DNA from: Chiloscyllium plagiosum
Lineage: Eukaryota
Direction: 5' to 3'
DNA length: 45,346 bases
Assembly (NCBI RefSeq): GCF_004010195.1
Contig: NC_057719.1
Location: forward strand, 689,280-734,625
Within the stretch, counting starts at the first letter, position 1. Each line of letters starts with the position of its first letter. The notes beneath the pieces were generated by a model. That model worked only from the letters and a program-made list of their open reading frames with translations. It did not search any database and was not told where the DNA came from. Shown in pieces: positions 34,439 through 45,346 of the stretch. The position numbers were made by a program, and so were the translations under genes.

Positions 34439-34940
34439 TGTGTTTATCTGGTGAGTCCAGTTGAGTTTCTGGTCAATAGTAACCCCCAGGATGTTGACAG
34501 TGGGGGGGCTCAGTGATGGGAACACCATTGAATGTCAAAGATACTGTTCAGATCTTGTTGAATTTGAACATGAACTGCTTCAGTGTCTGAGGAGTCGCGA
34601 ATGGTGCTGAACACTGTGCAATCACCAGCAAACACACTTCTAACCTTATGATGGAGGGAAGGTGATTGATGAAGCAGCTGAAGATGGCTGGGCCTAGGAC
34701 ACTCCCCTGAGGAACTCCTGCAGAGATGTCCAGGAGCTGGGATGACTGACCTCCAACAACCACGACCATCTTCCCATGTGTCAGGTCTGACTCCAACCAG
34801 CAGAGAGTTTGCCCCCGATACCCATAGATTCCAGTTTTGCCGGGATTCCTTGATGCCATACTCTGTCAAATGTGGCCTAGTTATTAAGAGCTGTCACTCT
34901 CCCCTCCCCTCTGCAATTCAGCTCTTTCCTCCATGTTTGA
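34439..34940 (-). mobile_element. LINE RT fragment
   Basis: GVPQGSVLGPAIFSCFINHLPSII and FAGDCTVF. Confidence 0.85.
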
Positions 34941-34959
34941 ACCTTATCTATCTCAGATT

Positions 34960-37900
34960 TAAATATAACAATTGAATTCGAGGAAGAGAGTCGCAAATGT
35001 CTCCTCTTGTTTGTGTGCAGAAGTGCCTCTTCACATCGCTCCTGAAAAGCCTGACCCTAATTCTCAGACTAGTTTCTCCTAATCTACCTTGTCCTTTTCT
35101 TGTTAATATCCTGAAAACTTGGATTCAATCATCCCTTAACCTTCTCAGTTGCAAAGAAAACCGACCTCATTTGTATAATCTCTCTTTATAACCGAATCAT
35201 AACATCCCTATGGGGTAAAAAGAGGCTATTCGGCCCATCGAGTCCACACTGACCCTCCGGACAGCATCCTAACCAGACCCAGCCCCCTACTCTATCCCTG
35301 TAATCCTGCATTTCCCATGGCCAATCCACCCTGACCTGCACATCCTTGGACTGTGGGAGCACGCCCACGCAGACAGGGAGAAGGTGCACACTCGACACAG
35401 GCAGATGACCAAGGCTGGAATCGAACCCGGGTCCCTGGTGCTGTGAGGCAGCAGTGCTAACCACTGAGCCACCGTGATGCCCCAAAGTCCCACGATCATA
35501 CTCTCTTCAAGACCAATATATCCTTCTTACAGTGTGGTGCCCAGATCTGCTCACAGTCTCCAAGTGGAATCTAACCAGGGTTTTGTATAACTGCAGCATA
35601 ACCTCTATCCTTATACCTCAGTCTTTTGATATGGAGGTCTGCATTCTATTAGCCTTCCTGACTATTTTGTGCAGCTGTTAGAAATATTATAAAGAGTTAT
35701 TGTGCACCTGAATGCCAAATCTCATTGGACATCCACTGTATTTGACCCTGTGCCTACTAAAAAATGCCCTGATCTATCCTTTCTCTGTCCCACATGGATA
35801 ACCTTATGCTTGTTTATATTAAAGTCCGTCTACCACAGTTTTGCCCGTTCACCTAATTGATCAATATCAATATCTTGCTGTAATTTTATTCTGTCGTCAC
35901 ATGTCTCCCTTGCTCTTTATCATTGTGATAATCTCCCTCCCTCTATTGGCTAGCCCCTACTGGTCCTCACATAATCCTCTCGGTCTGTCCCTCTGTTCTG
36001 ATGTCACACCTCCATTCCTGAAAGTGCTGCTCAATCTATCTGTGTTCACATCACACTCTGTTCGGTGTTAGTCCTGACTGAGTTATACCTCCACTTGTAA
36101 AATGTTCTTATAGAACATAGAACATAGAACAACACAGCACAGAACAGGCCCTTCGGCCCTCAATGTTGCACCGACGTATGAACTATTCTCAGTTCGCCCC
36201 CTACACTATCCCAAAATCATCCATGTGCTTATCTAAGGATTGTTTAAATCTCCCTATTGCGACTGAGTTGACTACATTAACAGGTAGGGCATTCCATGCC
36301 CTTACCACTCTCTGTGTAAAGAACCTGCCTCTGGCATCTGTCTTAAATCTATCACCCCTCAATTTGTAGTTAAGCCCCCTCGTATAAGCTGATGTCATCA
36401 TCCTAGGAAAAAGACTTTCACTGTCTATCCTATCTAATCCTCTGACTATCTTGTATGTCTCTATTAAATCCCCTCTTAGCCTTCTTCACTCCAATGAGAA
36501 CAGACCCAAGTCTCTCAGCCTTTCCTCATTAGAACTTCCCTCCAGACCAGGCAACATCCTGGTAAATCTCCTCTGTACCTTTTCCAATGCTTCCACATCC
36601 TTCCCGAAATATGGAAGCATCTTCATTTCATCCTTTAAAGCCTCCCTTACCCTTCCATCTCCAATGGTTACACTCTTGGAGTTATAGAGATCTTCTACAG
36701 CACAGGAAAAGGCCCTTCGGCCCATCCTATTTGCACTGGTTAGAAACAACCATTTAACAATTCTAGCCCCATTTCCCAGGACTTGGCCCCCAGCCCTGGA
36801 AGACTTGATATCACAAATGCACATCGAAATCCTTCTTCAATGTTCTGGGGGTTCCTGCCTCTCCCACCCTCACAGGCAGCGAGTTCCAGATTCCCCACCC
36901 CATCTCTGGGTCCCTGCTGTCCAGCTCTACCCCTCGGTTGCAAAGGCATGTATCCTATTTGCCTTCTTAACCCCTTCACCCACCTGTCCTGCTACATTAA
37001 TGTACTGGTGTACCAGCCCACAATGCTCTCTCTCTCCCGTCTCACTCTCCTGTACACCATCTGCACTAGTGTCCCCACATTCCAAAGCTGTGAACATTAG
37101 TTCGAAATGATCCATCTTTGTGAAGGTTCCAGTCTAATCCAGAGTCACCTGGATGTTGTTCTGAGTAACTAACTCTACAAGTTATTCATTTGACCAACTG
37201 TGTGATGATTGAACAAGCTGATATTGCCCCAGGTCTTTAGAACACCATGTATCTCAGAATAAGTGAGTAACAATACGGTTTCTAACCGGAGTTATTCTCA
37301 TGGAGATTTATTTAATTTACTTTCAAGTTGCTGTATTGTTGACATATCCTTTTGCAGATTTGCCAGCAACAAGAGTGATCCTGATGAGCTGTTGGAAACA
37401 TAACTCCATAAGAAATGGGAATAGGAGGAGGCCATTCAGCCCCTCATACCTGCTCTGTCATTCAATAGATTCATGGCTGAGCTGACATTCCTCGCGTCCA
37501 CTTTCCTGCCCTTTCCCTGTAATCCTCCTATCCCCGACTGATCAAGAGTCTCTCTGTCTCAGCCTTAAATCTCCACAAGAACTCTTCCCCCACAGCTCTC
37601 TCTGTGACATGCAGCTCCAAAGATTCACAACCCTCTCAGAGACGAAATTCCTCCTCACTTCAGTCTTAAATTGGTGTCCCTTTATTCTGAGACTGTGCCC
37701 TCTGGTCCCAGACTCTCCCATGAGGGGGAACCACCCTCTCAGCATTGACCCTGTCAAGCCCCTTTAAGAATCCTGTATCCTTCAATGAGGTCACTTCTCA
37801 ATCTTCCAAACCCCAGTGAGTACAGTCCCAACCTGTTTAAACTTTGCTGATCAGATAATCCTTCAGTATAAGGCTCATCCTTGTGAATCTTCTCTGAACT

Positions 37901-38440
37901 GCCTTCAAGGAATGGGTTCTGGATTAGTGGAGCTGGAAGAGCACAGCAGTTCAGGCAGCATCCAAGGAGCAGTGAAATCGACATTTCGGGCAAAAGCCCT
38001 TCATCAGGAATCTTCCTGATGAAGGGCTTTTGCCCGAAATGTCAATTATTCCTGTTCCTCGGATGCTGCCTGAACTGCTGTGCTCTTCCAGCACCACTCT
38101 GACCTAGACTCTGGTTTCCAGCATCTGCAGTCATTGTTTTTATCCAAGGAAATGGTACCTTTCCTGAAATTAGAGACCAGAACTGCTCCCAGTGCTCCAG
38201 ACGTGGTCTCCCCAGCCCCTTGTACAGTTGCAGTAAGACTCCCCCACTCGAATACTCCAACCCCCTGGAAAGACGGACCAACGTTCCGTTAGCTTTCCTG
38301 ATTCCCTGCTGCTCTCTGTGCTTCGTGTACAAGCTCCTCCCCCAAGTCCTTTTGTGTTGCAGCTTCCTGTAGGTCCTCTTTCATTTAAATAACATTCTGT
38401 TATTTTACTCTCCAACACAAACACTTCCCATTTTCTGATA
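34960..38440 (-). mobile_element. Stack of CR1-type fragments with a HE1 SINE (35195-35483) and a younger CR1 3' end (36112-36605)
   Basis: KDVEALEKVQRRFTRMLPGL, RGRFFTQRVVRAWNALP, (atagaac)n tail, LYKGLGRPRLEHWEQFWS. Confidence 0.82.
37916..38144. mobile_element. Head-to-head Penelope ends with two hammerheads
   Basis: ...gcccttcatcaggaa tc ttcctgatgaagggc... palindrome; TSD caaggaa(a)tgg at 37906-37915 and 38145-38155. Confidence 0.88.
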
Positions 38441-38583
38441 TGAAACAATTTCACAGTGTTCTCTATTTCACTCCTTTTCTCATGTTGATTACATTTCTCA
38501 TTCCTCGTCTACACAACCCACCCCTCACCAGGGAACTTCTACAATCCACATTCCTCACTGTTCCCATCACACCTGGGCACGTT

Positions 38584-38829
38584 GGGGCAACATGGTGGCT
38601 CAGTAGTTAGCTTTGCTGACCCGGGTTCAATTCCTGCCTTAGGCAACTCTCTGTGTGGAGTTGGCACATTGTCCGCAGGGGTTTTGTCCTGCAATCCAAG
38701 GATGTGCAGATTAGGGTGGATTGGATGAGGGAAATGTAGAATTACAGGGATGTAATGGGTCTGGGTGGGATGCTCTTCGGAAGGCTGGTATGGGCTGAAT
38801 GGCCTACTTCCACACTGTAGGGATTCTAT
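38584..38829 (+). mobile_element. HE1 V-SINE with internal deletions
   Basis: ggtggctcagtagttagc...gggttcaattcc...ctgtgtggagttggcac...cacactgtagggattctatg. Confidence 0.82.
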
Positions 38830-39879
38830 GGTATTCCTCCTGCAGTGAACGATGCCTCAAGGTCTTCCAGATACTCTCTGTCAAGGTTAGTTCTTCAAGC
38901 CCTTCCCAAGTGCAACCAGCATTCTGTCCTTCTCAGCTTTTGGCCACTGATTAACTGTTTCAGTGCCTGGCTCCCCTTCTCTCCCACCCTTCCATCTTCA
39001 GGGGGGGACCACTTTCTCCTGAGGGCTGGGCCCAGCCAAAGACACCCTCATCCCAGAAACAAATAACTTCTTAAAAATGCTGCTGGGAAGATCTTTGAGT
39101 ATGTTTATTTATGTTAAAGGTGTTAAAAATATATACATTGCCATTATTTGTGTAGTCTAGGCTGAGATTAATAGATTCTTGAAATATGGGGGAATTAGGG
39201 GAGATGGACAGCCAAATGAAGTTCTCCTTCATGGGCTGAGGATGTGACTGGCTGGGCCAACACTTATCACCCATCTCTAATTACCCAGAGGGCAGTTAAG
39301 AGTCAACCCCATTGCTGTGGGTCTGGAGTCACGTGTATGCCAGACCAGGTAAGGATGGCAGTTTCCTTCCCGAAAAGACATGAGTGACCCAGGTGGGGTT
39401 TTCCCCCAACAGTTGACAATGGATTCATGGTCATCATTAGATTCTTAATTACAGGTATTTTTCTTTATTAAATTCAAACTTCACTGTCTGCTGGGGTGGG
39501 ATTTGAACCCGGACTCCCAGAATATTCCCTGGGGCTCTGGATTAATAGTCCAGCAATAATACCACTGGGCCATCACCTCCTCAAAGTGTGGCTGCCAGAT
39601 CAGCCCAGATTTTATCAAACGATGAAGCAATGTCTTTGAGCCACGAATTCCATCATTCCCTCTTTCTTCCTTCCGGAAGATTCCAGAATCAGTGTCGCCC
39701 AACCCTGTAGATTCTCCAGCTCTTGATTGTTCTAGAATGCCCTGGTGATGAAGAAAACCGTGAGGGAAGGGGGTTGTCAGAGCCTTCAGGAGCATCCTTT
39801 CCTTTCCATTTTGTTTTCCAAGACAGATTGAGGAGGCTGGTGATCTCAGAGGCTTGGTGACTTGAGGTAAGTCACAGAG

Positions 39880-40995
39880 GTAAAGGAGATAGAGTTGTGC
39901 CCCATTAGACGAATGAGAAGGGATCTTATAGAAACATATGAAATTATGATAAGATTGAGGCAGTTAAGCCGTTTCTGCTGGTGGTAAGACTAAGACTGGG
40001 GGGCATGGCCTCAAGATGAGGACAGAGGTGAGGAGCAACTTCTTTTTCCAGAGAGTAGTGAATCTATTGAAATCTCTGTCCAAGGAAGCAGTAGAGGCAG
40101 CTTCATTAAATAAAGCCAAGACACAGTTGGATGACTTTTTGCATGGTAGGGGCATTAAAGTTTATCGGAGTAATGCAGGTAGGAGGATCTGAGATGATGG
40201 ATAGATCAGCCATGATCTTAATGAATGATGGAACAGGCTCGATGGGCCGAATGGCCTACTCCTGCTTCTATTACTGTGAAACTATGCTCGGAGGTTGGGG
40301 TGAGGAGATGATCCCATTGAGATGCAGAGCAGCTTTGAGGGAGCAGGGTTCACAGCTGCCTCAGGATGGACTCCAGTTCAGTCCTGAAGCATGGCCATCT
40401 CTGAGACTCAGTGCTAGGCAGCAGCAGAGCTGTTCCTAGTCTCTCCTTGACGTTGTAGAAGCAGACTGAGTGTCCGCAATGGTCTGCTGAGCAGGGTTTT
40501 AACCAGATTAATGTTGGAAAGGAGCTGGATAAATCCTTAAGTGGGAACAGGGTGAAGGGGAAAAGAGCAGAGCGGGAGGGAGATGAAGTGGATTTCTCTT
40601 TCCATTAGCTAGCAGTGGGATAGAGTCACAGAGACAAACGGCATAGAACAGACCCTTCATTTCAACAGGCCCACACCGATCAGATATCACACCTTCCAGC
40701 ACCCGGCCCATATCCCTCCAAACCCTTCCTATTCATATACCCATCCAGATGCCTTTTAAATGTTGCAATTGAACCAGCCTCCACCACTTGCTCTGGCAGC
40801 TCATTCCATACATGTACCACCCTCTGTGTGAAAACGTTGCACCTTAGGTCCCTTTTATATCTTTCCCCTCTCACCCTAAACCAATGCCCTTTAGTTCTGG
40901 ACTCCCCCACCCCAGGGAAAATACCTTGGCTATTCATCCCATCCATGCCCCTCATGATTTTATAAACTCGATAAGATCACCCCTCAGCCTCTGAC
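39880..40995. mobile_element. CR1 3' fragments (+ 39880-40280, - 40620-40995)
   Basis: agagagtagtgaatctattgaaatctctg; FTQRVVHVWNELPEQVVEAG. Confidence 0.82.
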
Positions 40996-41349
40996 AGCTG
41001 ATGGACTGAATGCTTTCTTTCTGAGCTATATTTTTTTTGAAGCAAGTTATCTTTCTCCCATTAGAGGAGAGATGTAACTCTCTAAAGAGATAATAGAATA
41101 TCTGATTGCGAGATGACACCGTGAGCAGGAACAGCCATTGTTATAAGGCAGGTTTGGATTCCTGAATTCAATGTAATTTGTCGGTGAGATCTATAATAGC
41201 TGTAATGATTCTTCAGCTGCTCATTCAAACCCATTGGCTCACAGACTGAAATAATTTCGCCAGCTAACTTCCTGATAAAGTCAGGTAAGGTTCCTGTTTA
41301 TTGTCGCCTGTCTCAAGTGTTACATCCTCAGTTGGTCTTTATTCATCAG

Positions 41350-41510
41350 CCACACAGACTGGGCCTCGGATTAGTGTCTTAACAGAAAGATGGTACTGCT
41401 GGCAGTGCTGCTCTCCCTCAACCCTGGCACGGGCACCGCTGGGCTGGATGCTGGAGGTGGTTTAAACCTCAGGCAAAAAGACAAGAGTGCTACTCACTGA
41501 CTACCCTGCG
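41350..41510 (-). mobile_element. Deu-domain SINE 5' relic
   Basis: cagactgggcctcggattagtgtcttaacagaaagatggtac...cagtgctgctctccctca resembles the reverse complement of the recalled Deu core. Confidence 0.6.
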
Positions 41511-41826
41511 CCCCAAACGGAACATGACCAGCATTTGGCACCATTCCCTAATTCCCCTCGATCTGAGTGACCGGCTTGGGCCATTTCAGAGGGCAGAGGG
41601 CAGAGGTCAGAGTAACCACATTGATCTGAGGTGACATATAAGCAGGAGTGGCTACTGACCTGCTGGCCTTTGTGAACCCAATGGGGTTTTACAGCAACGA
41701 ATGATTGTTGATCATGGTCATAACAAAGAGGAGCCTTTTCATTCGGATGTTAATGTTTGAAATTAAATTCCACCAGCTGGAATTTGAACCCTCATCCCAG
41801 AGAATGAGTCAGGGCCTCTGGATTAC

Positions 41827-41971
41827 CCAAGTCCCTCCTCCCTACCTTTTATCTTAGCCTGCTGGACACACTTTCCTCATTCCTGAAGAAGGGCTCATGC
41901 CCGAAACGTCGATTCTCCTGCTCCTTGGGATGCTGCCTGACCTGCTGCGTTTTTCCAGCAACACATTTTCA
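41827..41971 (+). mobile_element. Penelope-derived mini-element with intact hammerhead
   Basis: TSD cctctggattac at 41815-41826 and 41972-41983; ttcCTGAAGAaGGGCtcatGCCCGAAACGTC. Confidence 0.88.
41880..41914 (+). ncRNA. Minimal type-I hammerhead ribozyme motif, family A
   Basis: CUGAAGA 41883-41889, stem II GGGC/GCCC, GAAA 41903-41906, palindromic ACGU, predicted cut after GUC at 41910. Confidence 0.75.
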
Positions 41972-42239
41972 CCTCTGGATTACTAGTCCCACTCTGTTAC
42001 CTGTCACTATCAAATACCCAGTTAAAGATCATCTCTCCCCTGATTTTGCCAGTCCCAACTGTGGGCGCAGTGGGTTCAGTATAAGGTGGTATTTTGGGGA
42101 AATGCCCATTGTGTTATTCATTGCCATCTCCCTAATCAGCATGTCCTAGTTTCCCCTGGACAGCAGCCACACTGTTCTCTGCCACCACACCCTGGGTATT
42201 CCTGAGATAAAATAGTTTCTTGGGGACCCTGGTTCAAAT

Positions 42240-42336
42240 TCCTGATGAAGGGCTTTTGCCCGAAACGTCGGTTTTCCTGTTCCTCAGATGCTGCCTGACC
42301 TGCTGTGCTTTTCCAGCACCACTCTAACCTTGAGCT
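42240..42336 (+). mobile_element. Penelope-derived mini-element starting at the hammerhead
   Basis: TSD tggttcaaat at 42230-42239 and 42337-42346, duplicating the host SINE B-box. Confidence 0.88.
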
Positions 42337-42819
42337 TGGTTCAAATCCCGCCATGGCAGATGGTCAAATTTGAACACAATGAAAATCTGTGGGTAGGAAT
42401 CTGTAAACAAAAGTAACTTACTTTGGAATTGATCTGGATTAAAAATGGCTGCGAAACCAATACTGACTGTTGGGAAAAATACCCTTCAGCTTCACCAATG
42501 TCCTTCAGGGAAAGGAGACTGTCATCCTTACCCAGTCTGGTCTACATGTGACTCCAGACCCACAGCATTGTGGCTAGTTCTTAACTCTGGGTGATTAGGG
42601 GCGGACAATAAATGCTGACCTGGCCCATGTCCTGTGAATGAATTAATGGCCCTGCACAACATTTCGACATTTCCACCACTGAAGCCTTTCCTGATCAGGT
42701 AACCTATTTGCTCATTCCTGCAGCAAAGAGCCATCATTTGTTTAATCTTTCAGGATAGTTACAGCCTTTCACTCCCAGTATCATCACTTTCTGCAGTGCC
42801 TTTGATGCCTATTACTTAT

Positions 42820-43537
42820 CCAAAATACAAGATTCTTAGGGGATTTGAGAGGGGAAGATGTTTAGAGATTATTTCCCCTTGTGGGAGAGTCAGAGGGGAT
42901 TATCTCAAAGTAAGGAGACCCTGGTTCAAATTCCTGATGAAGGGCTTTTGCCCGAAACGTCGGTTTTCCATTTAACCAGAAAGGAGGAGGAATTTCTTCT
43001 CTCCGGGGGGAGTGAATCTGTGGAATGCTTTCCCACAGTGGGCTGTCGAGGCTGGGGCATTCAGGATATTCGAGGCTGAGAGAGACAGGTTTGTAATCAG
43101 GAAGGGAATCAAGGGTTAGGGGGAAAAGGCAGGAGAGTGGAGTTGAAGATTATCATTGAATGGCAGAGCAGACCCAATGGGCTGAGTGGCCTAAGGTTGC
43201 ATCCATGTCCCATGGTCTGATAGAACAGTGTGCAGTGCTCCAGCTGTGTGCATGTTGGCTCTCTGCTGGAGTGCATTAGCCAGTCCCACTGCCCTGTGTA
43301 ATCTCTGTATCCCTGCACATGTTTTCTGTTCAGATGAGGGGTATAGGCGGGCAAACAGGAAAGGACCTTTCCTCTCAATGGAGGGATAACTGAACAAGGG
43401 GCATAGATCGAAGGGAAGGAGCAGGAGGTTTAAAGGGAATGTGAGAAAACACTTTGCCACCCAGAGGGTGGTGGGGAATCTGGAACTCCCTGGCTGTGAG
43501 GTTGGGAGATGCAGAAACCCCCATCACATTGATGAAG
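42820..43537 (+). mobile_element. CR1-type 3' fragments
   Basis: gtgaatctgtggaatgcttt and gggaatctggaactccct; the second continues at 44197-44290 after the Penelope insertion. Confidence 0.7.
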
Positions 43538-44183
43538 CAGCAGAGGAAAGTGGCCGAGCAGAGGCTGATAGCTAAGTTCGGTACCCATAGGGAGGGCCTC
43601 AACCGGGACCTTGGGTTCATGTCACATTACAGGTGATCACCATTGCACTACACACACACACACACACAGATATACACAGAGACAGACAAAGACCCACATG
43701 CACACATATATATTGTGTGTGGTGAATTTTTTTGGTAGTTTCAGAGTTACATTGCACTTTGCTCAAAAACTGCATGAGTTTATGTAAAACTCTGTTATCT
43801 CACTTTTTAGATTATAATCAATCTAAACATCAGGTCATAGACAGGGAACACAGGGGGCTAACACCTTCAACATATTGTCTAGCTATCACCATTGTTAACA
43901 GCAGCTAACCCGAGAATGCAACTTTTAAAAAAAGGGTTTTGTGATTTACACATGAAAGAAGTGAAACTATCACTGTATTCTAACAGATGAAAGGCTTAAC
44001 AGACAATCAATTCTTCAATGTATAATTTCAGTTACATCACACTGCAAAAGTTTGCTATAAATTCTGTGTTAGGATCGAGCCCTCCATTATCACCTGATGA
44101 AGGAGCGTCACTCCGAAAGCTAGTGTGCTTCCAATTAAATCTGTTGGACTATAACCTGGTGTTGTGTGATTTTTAACTTTGTC
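43538..44183 (+). mobile_element. Penelope-like element 3' end, family B
   Basis: TSD cacattgatgaag at 43525-43537 and 44184-44196; ORF end QQRKVAEQRLIAKFGTHREGLNRDLGFMSHYR*, then (CA)n, 3' UTR and hammerhead. Confidence 0.9.
44091..44125 (+). ncRNA. Minimal type-I hammerhead ribozyme motif, family B
   Basis: Stem I cac/gtg, CUGAUGA 44094-44100, stem II GGAG-cguca-CUCC, GAAA 44115-44118, palindromic AGCU, predicted cut after CUA at 44122. Confidence 0.8.
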
Positions 44184-44509
44184 CACATTGATGAAGGATT
44201 TCAATGTGCACTTGAGATGCCGAGGCAAACAAGGCTATGGTGAAGGAGCTGAAGGTGTGTCCAGCCAAGGTGTCAATGGCTGAAACAGGAACAGCTGTGA
44301 CCTAAATACAACATAGAAGGAGAGAAAACACACAATAAATCAGGAGTGAGATCGGAATCTGAAGGTGTTGACATCTTCATTTTATCTGGAATGTTACTGA
44401 GCTGAGCGGGTTAAGTTTCATTGGAACAATTTGGCTGGTTAGAAACGGTGAGATTCAGATATTCAAACATTTTCCTGACTACTGCTGTCAAACTAACAGG
44501 TTGTAGTGT

Positions 44510-45115
44510 CAGAATCATACAGCAGGAAACAGACCCTTCACTCAACTCTTCCATGCTGACCATCTGACCTAGTCCCATTTGTCAGCATTTGACTCCTATT
44601 CCTCTAAACCCTTCCAATCCATGTCCCCATCCAGGTGCCTTTTAAATGTTGCAATTGTACCAGCCTCCACCACTTCCTCTGGCAGCTCATTCCATACACA
44701 CACCACCCTCTGTGTGAAAAAGTTACCCCTTAGGTTTCTTTTATATCTTTCCCCTCTCACCCTAAACCTATGCCCTCTAGTTCTTGACTTCCCCACCTAA
44801 GGGAAAAGTCCTTGTCTGTTTACCCTATCTATGCCCCTCATAATTTTATAAACCTCTATAAGGTCATCCCTCAGACTCTGATCTCCAGGGGAAACAGCCC
44901 CAGCCTGTTCAGTCTCTCCCTATAGCTCAACATCCTTGTGAACCTTTTCTGAACCTTTTCAAGTTCAATAACATCCTTCCTGTCGAAGGGCGACCAGAAT
45001 TGTATGCAATATTCGAAAAGTGGCCTTGCCAATGTCCTGTACAGCCGCAACATGATGCCCCCATCCCTGTACTCAATGTGCTGGCCAATGAAGACAAGTG
45101 GACCAAATGCCTTCT
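44510..45115 (-). mobile_element. CR1 LINE 3' fragment
   Basis: LYRTLARPLFEYCIQFWSP and FFTQRVVCVWNELPEEVVEAG. Confidence 0.9.
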
Positions 45116-45116
45116 T

Positions 45117-45346
45117 GGTAAAAACAATGACTGCAGATGCTGGAAACCAGATTCTGGATCAGTGGTGCTGGAAGAGCACAGCAATTCAGGCAGCATCCGA
45201 GGAGCAGCAAAATCGACGTTTCAGGCAAAAGCCCTTCATCAGGAATAAAGGCAGAGAGCCTGGAGCGTGGAGAGATAAGCTAGAGGAGGGTGGGGGTCAG
45301 GAGAAAGTAGCATAGAGTACAATAGGTGAGTGGGGGAGGGGATGAA
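45117..45346 (-). mobile_element. Penelope-like 3' end, family A, with hammerhead; runs off the window
   Basis: Near-identical to 24640-24870; minus strand attcCTGATGAaGGGCttttGCCTGAAACGTC at about 45212-45245. Confidence 0.88.

Noticed and set aside
14758..34516. Long ORFs spanning N runs or TG/CA repeats
   Set aside because: Artefacts of gaps and microsatellites (C/V- or H/T-rich translations).
39481..39795. 104-aa minus-strand ORF
   Set aside because: Runs into a SINE head, no recognisable domain, no supporting splice sites.

Overview
Eukaryotic, repeat-rich vertebrate DNA, almost certainly from a shark (HE1-type V-SINEs, CR1/HER1-like LINEs, Deu-domain SINE relics), with several N gaps. 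The only host gene I can support is a nesprin on the minus strand. Eight consecutive GT-AG exons (19312 down to 3922) join in one open frame and encode spectrin-repeat rod sequence closest, from recalled sequence, to nesprin-2 (SYNE2). The rest is intronic: a 33-bp minisatellite, many CR1 and SINE fragments, a decayed Gmr1-type Gypsy LTR retrotransposon (24059-31298; integrase before RT, tRNA-Pro PBS) with nested insertions, and about a dozen Penelope-like element ends. The most notable signal is about 14 minimal type-I hammerhead ribozyme motifs (CUGANGA-stem II-GAAA-palindromic stem III) of two families in those ends. Several sit in 85-145 bp TSD-flanked mini-elements, most starting right at the ribozyme, or in head-to-head palindromes. 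There are also two candidate internal SYNE2 promoters. Family assignments rest on recalled consensus sequences; no database searches were run.
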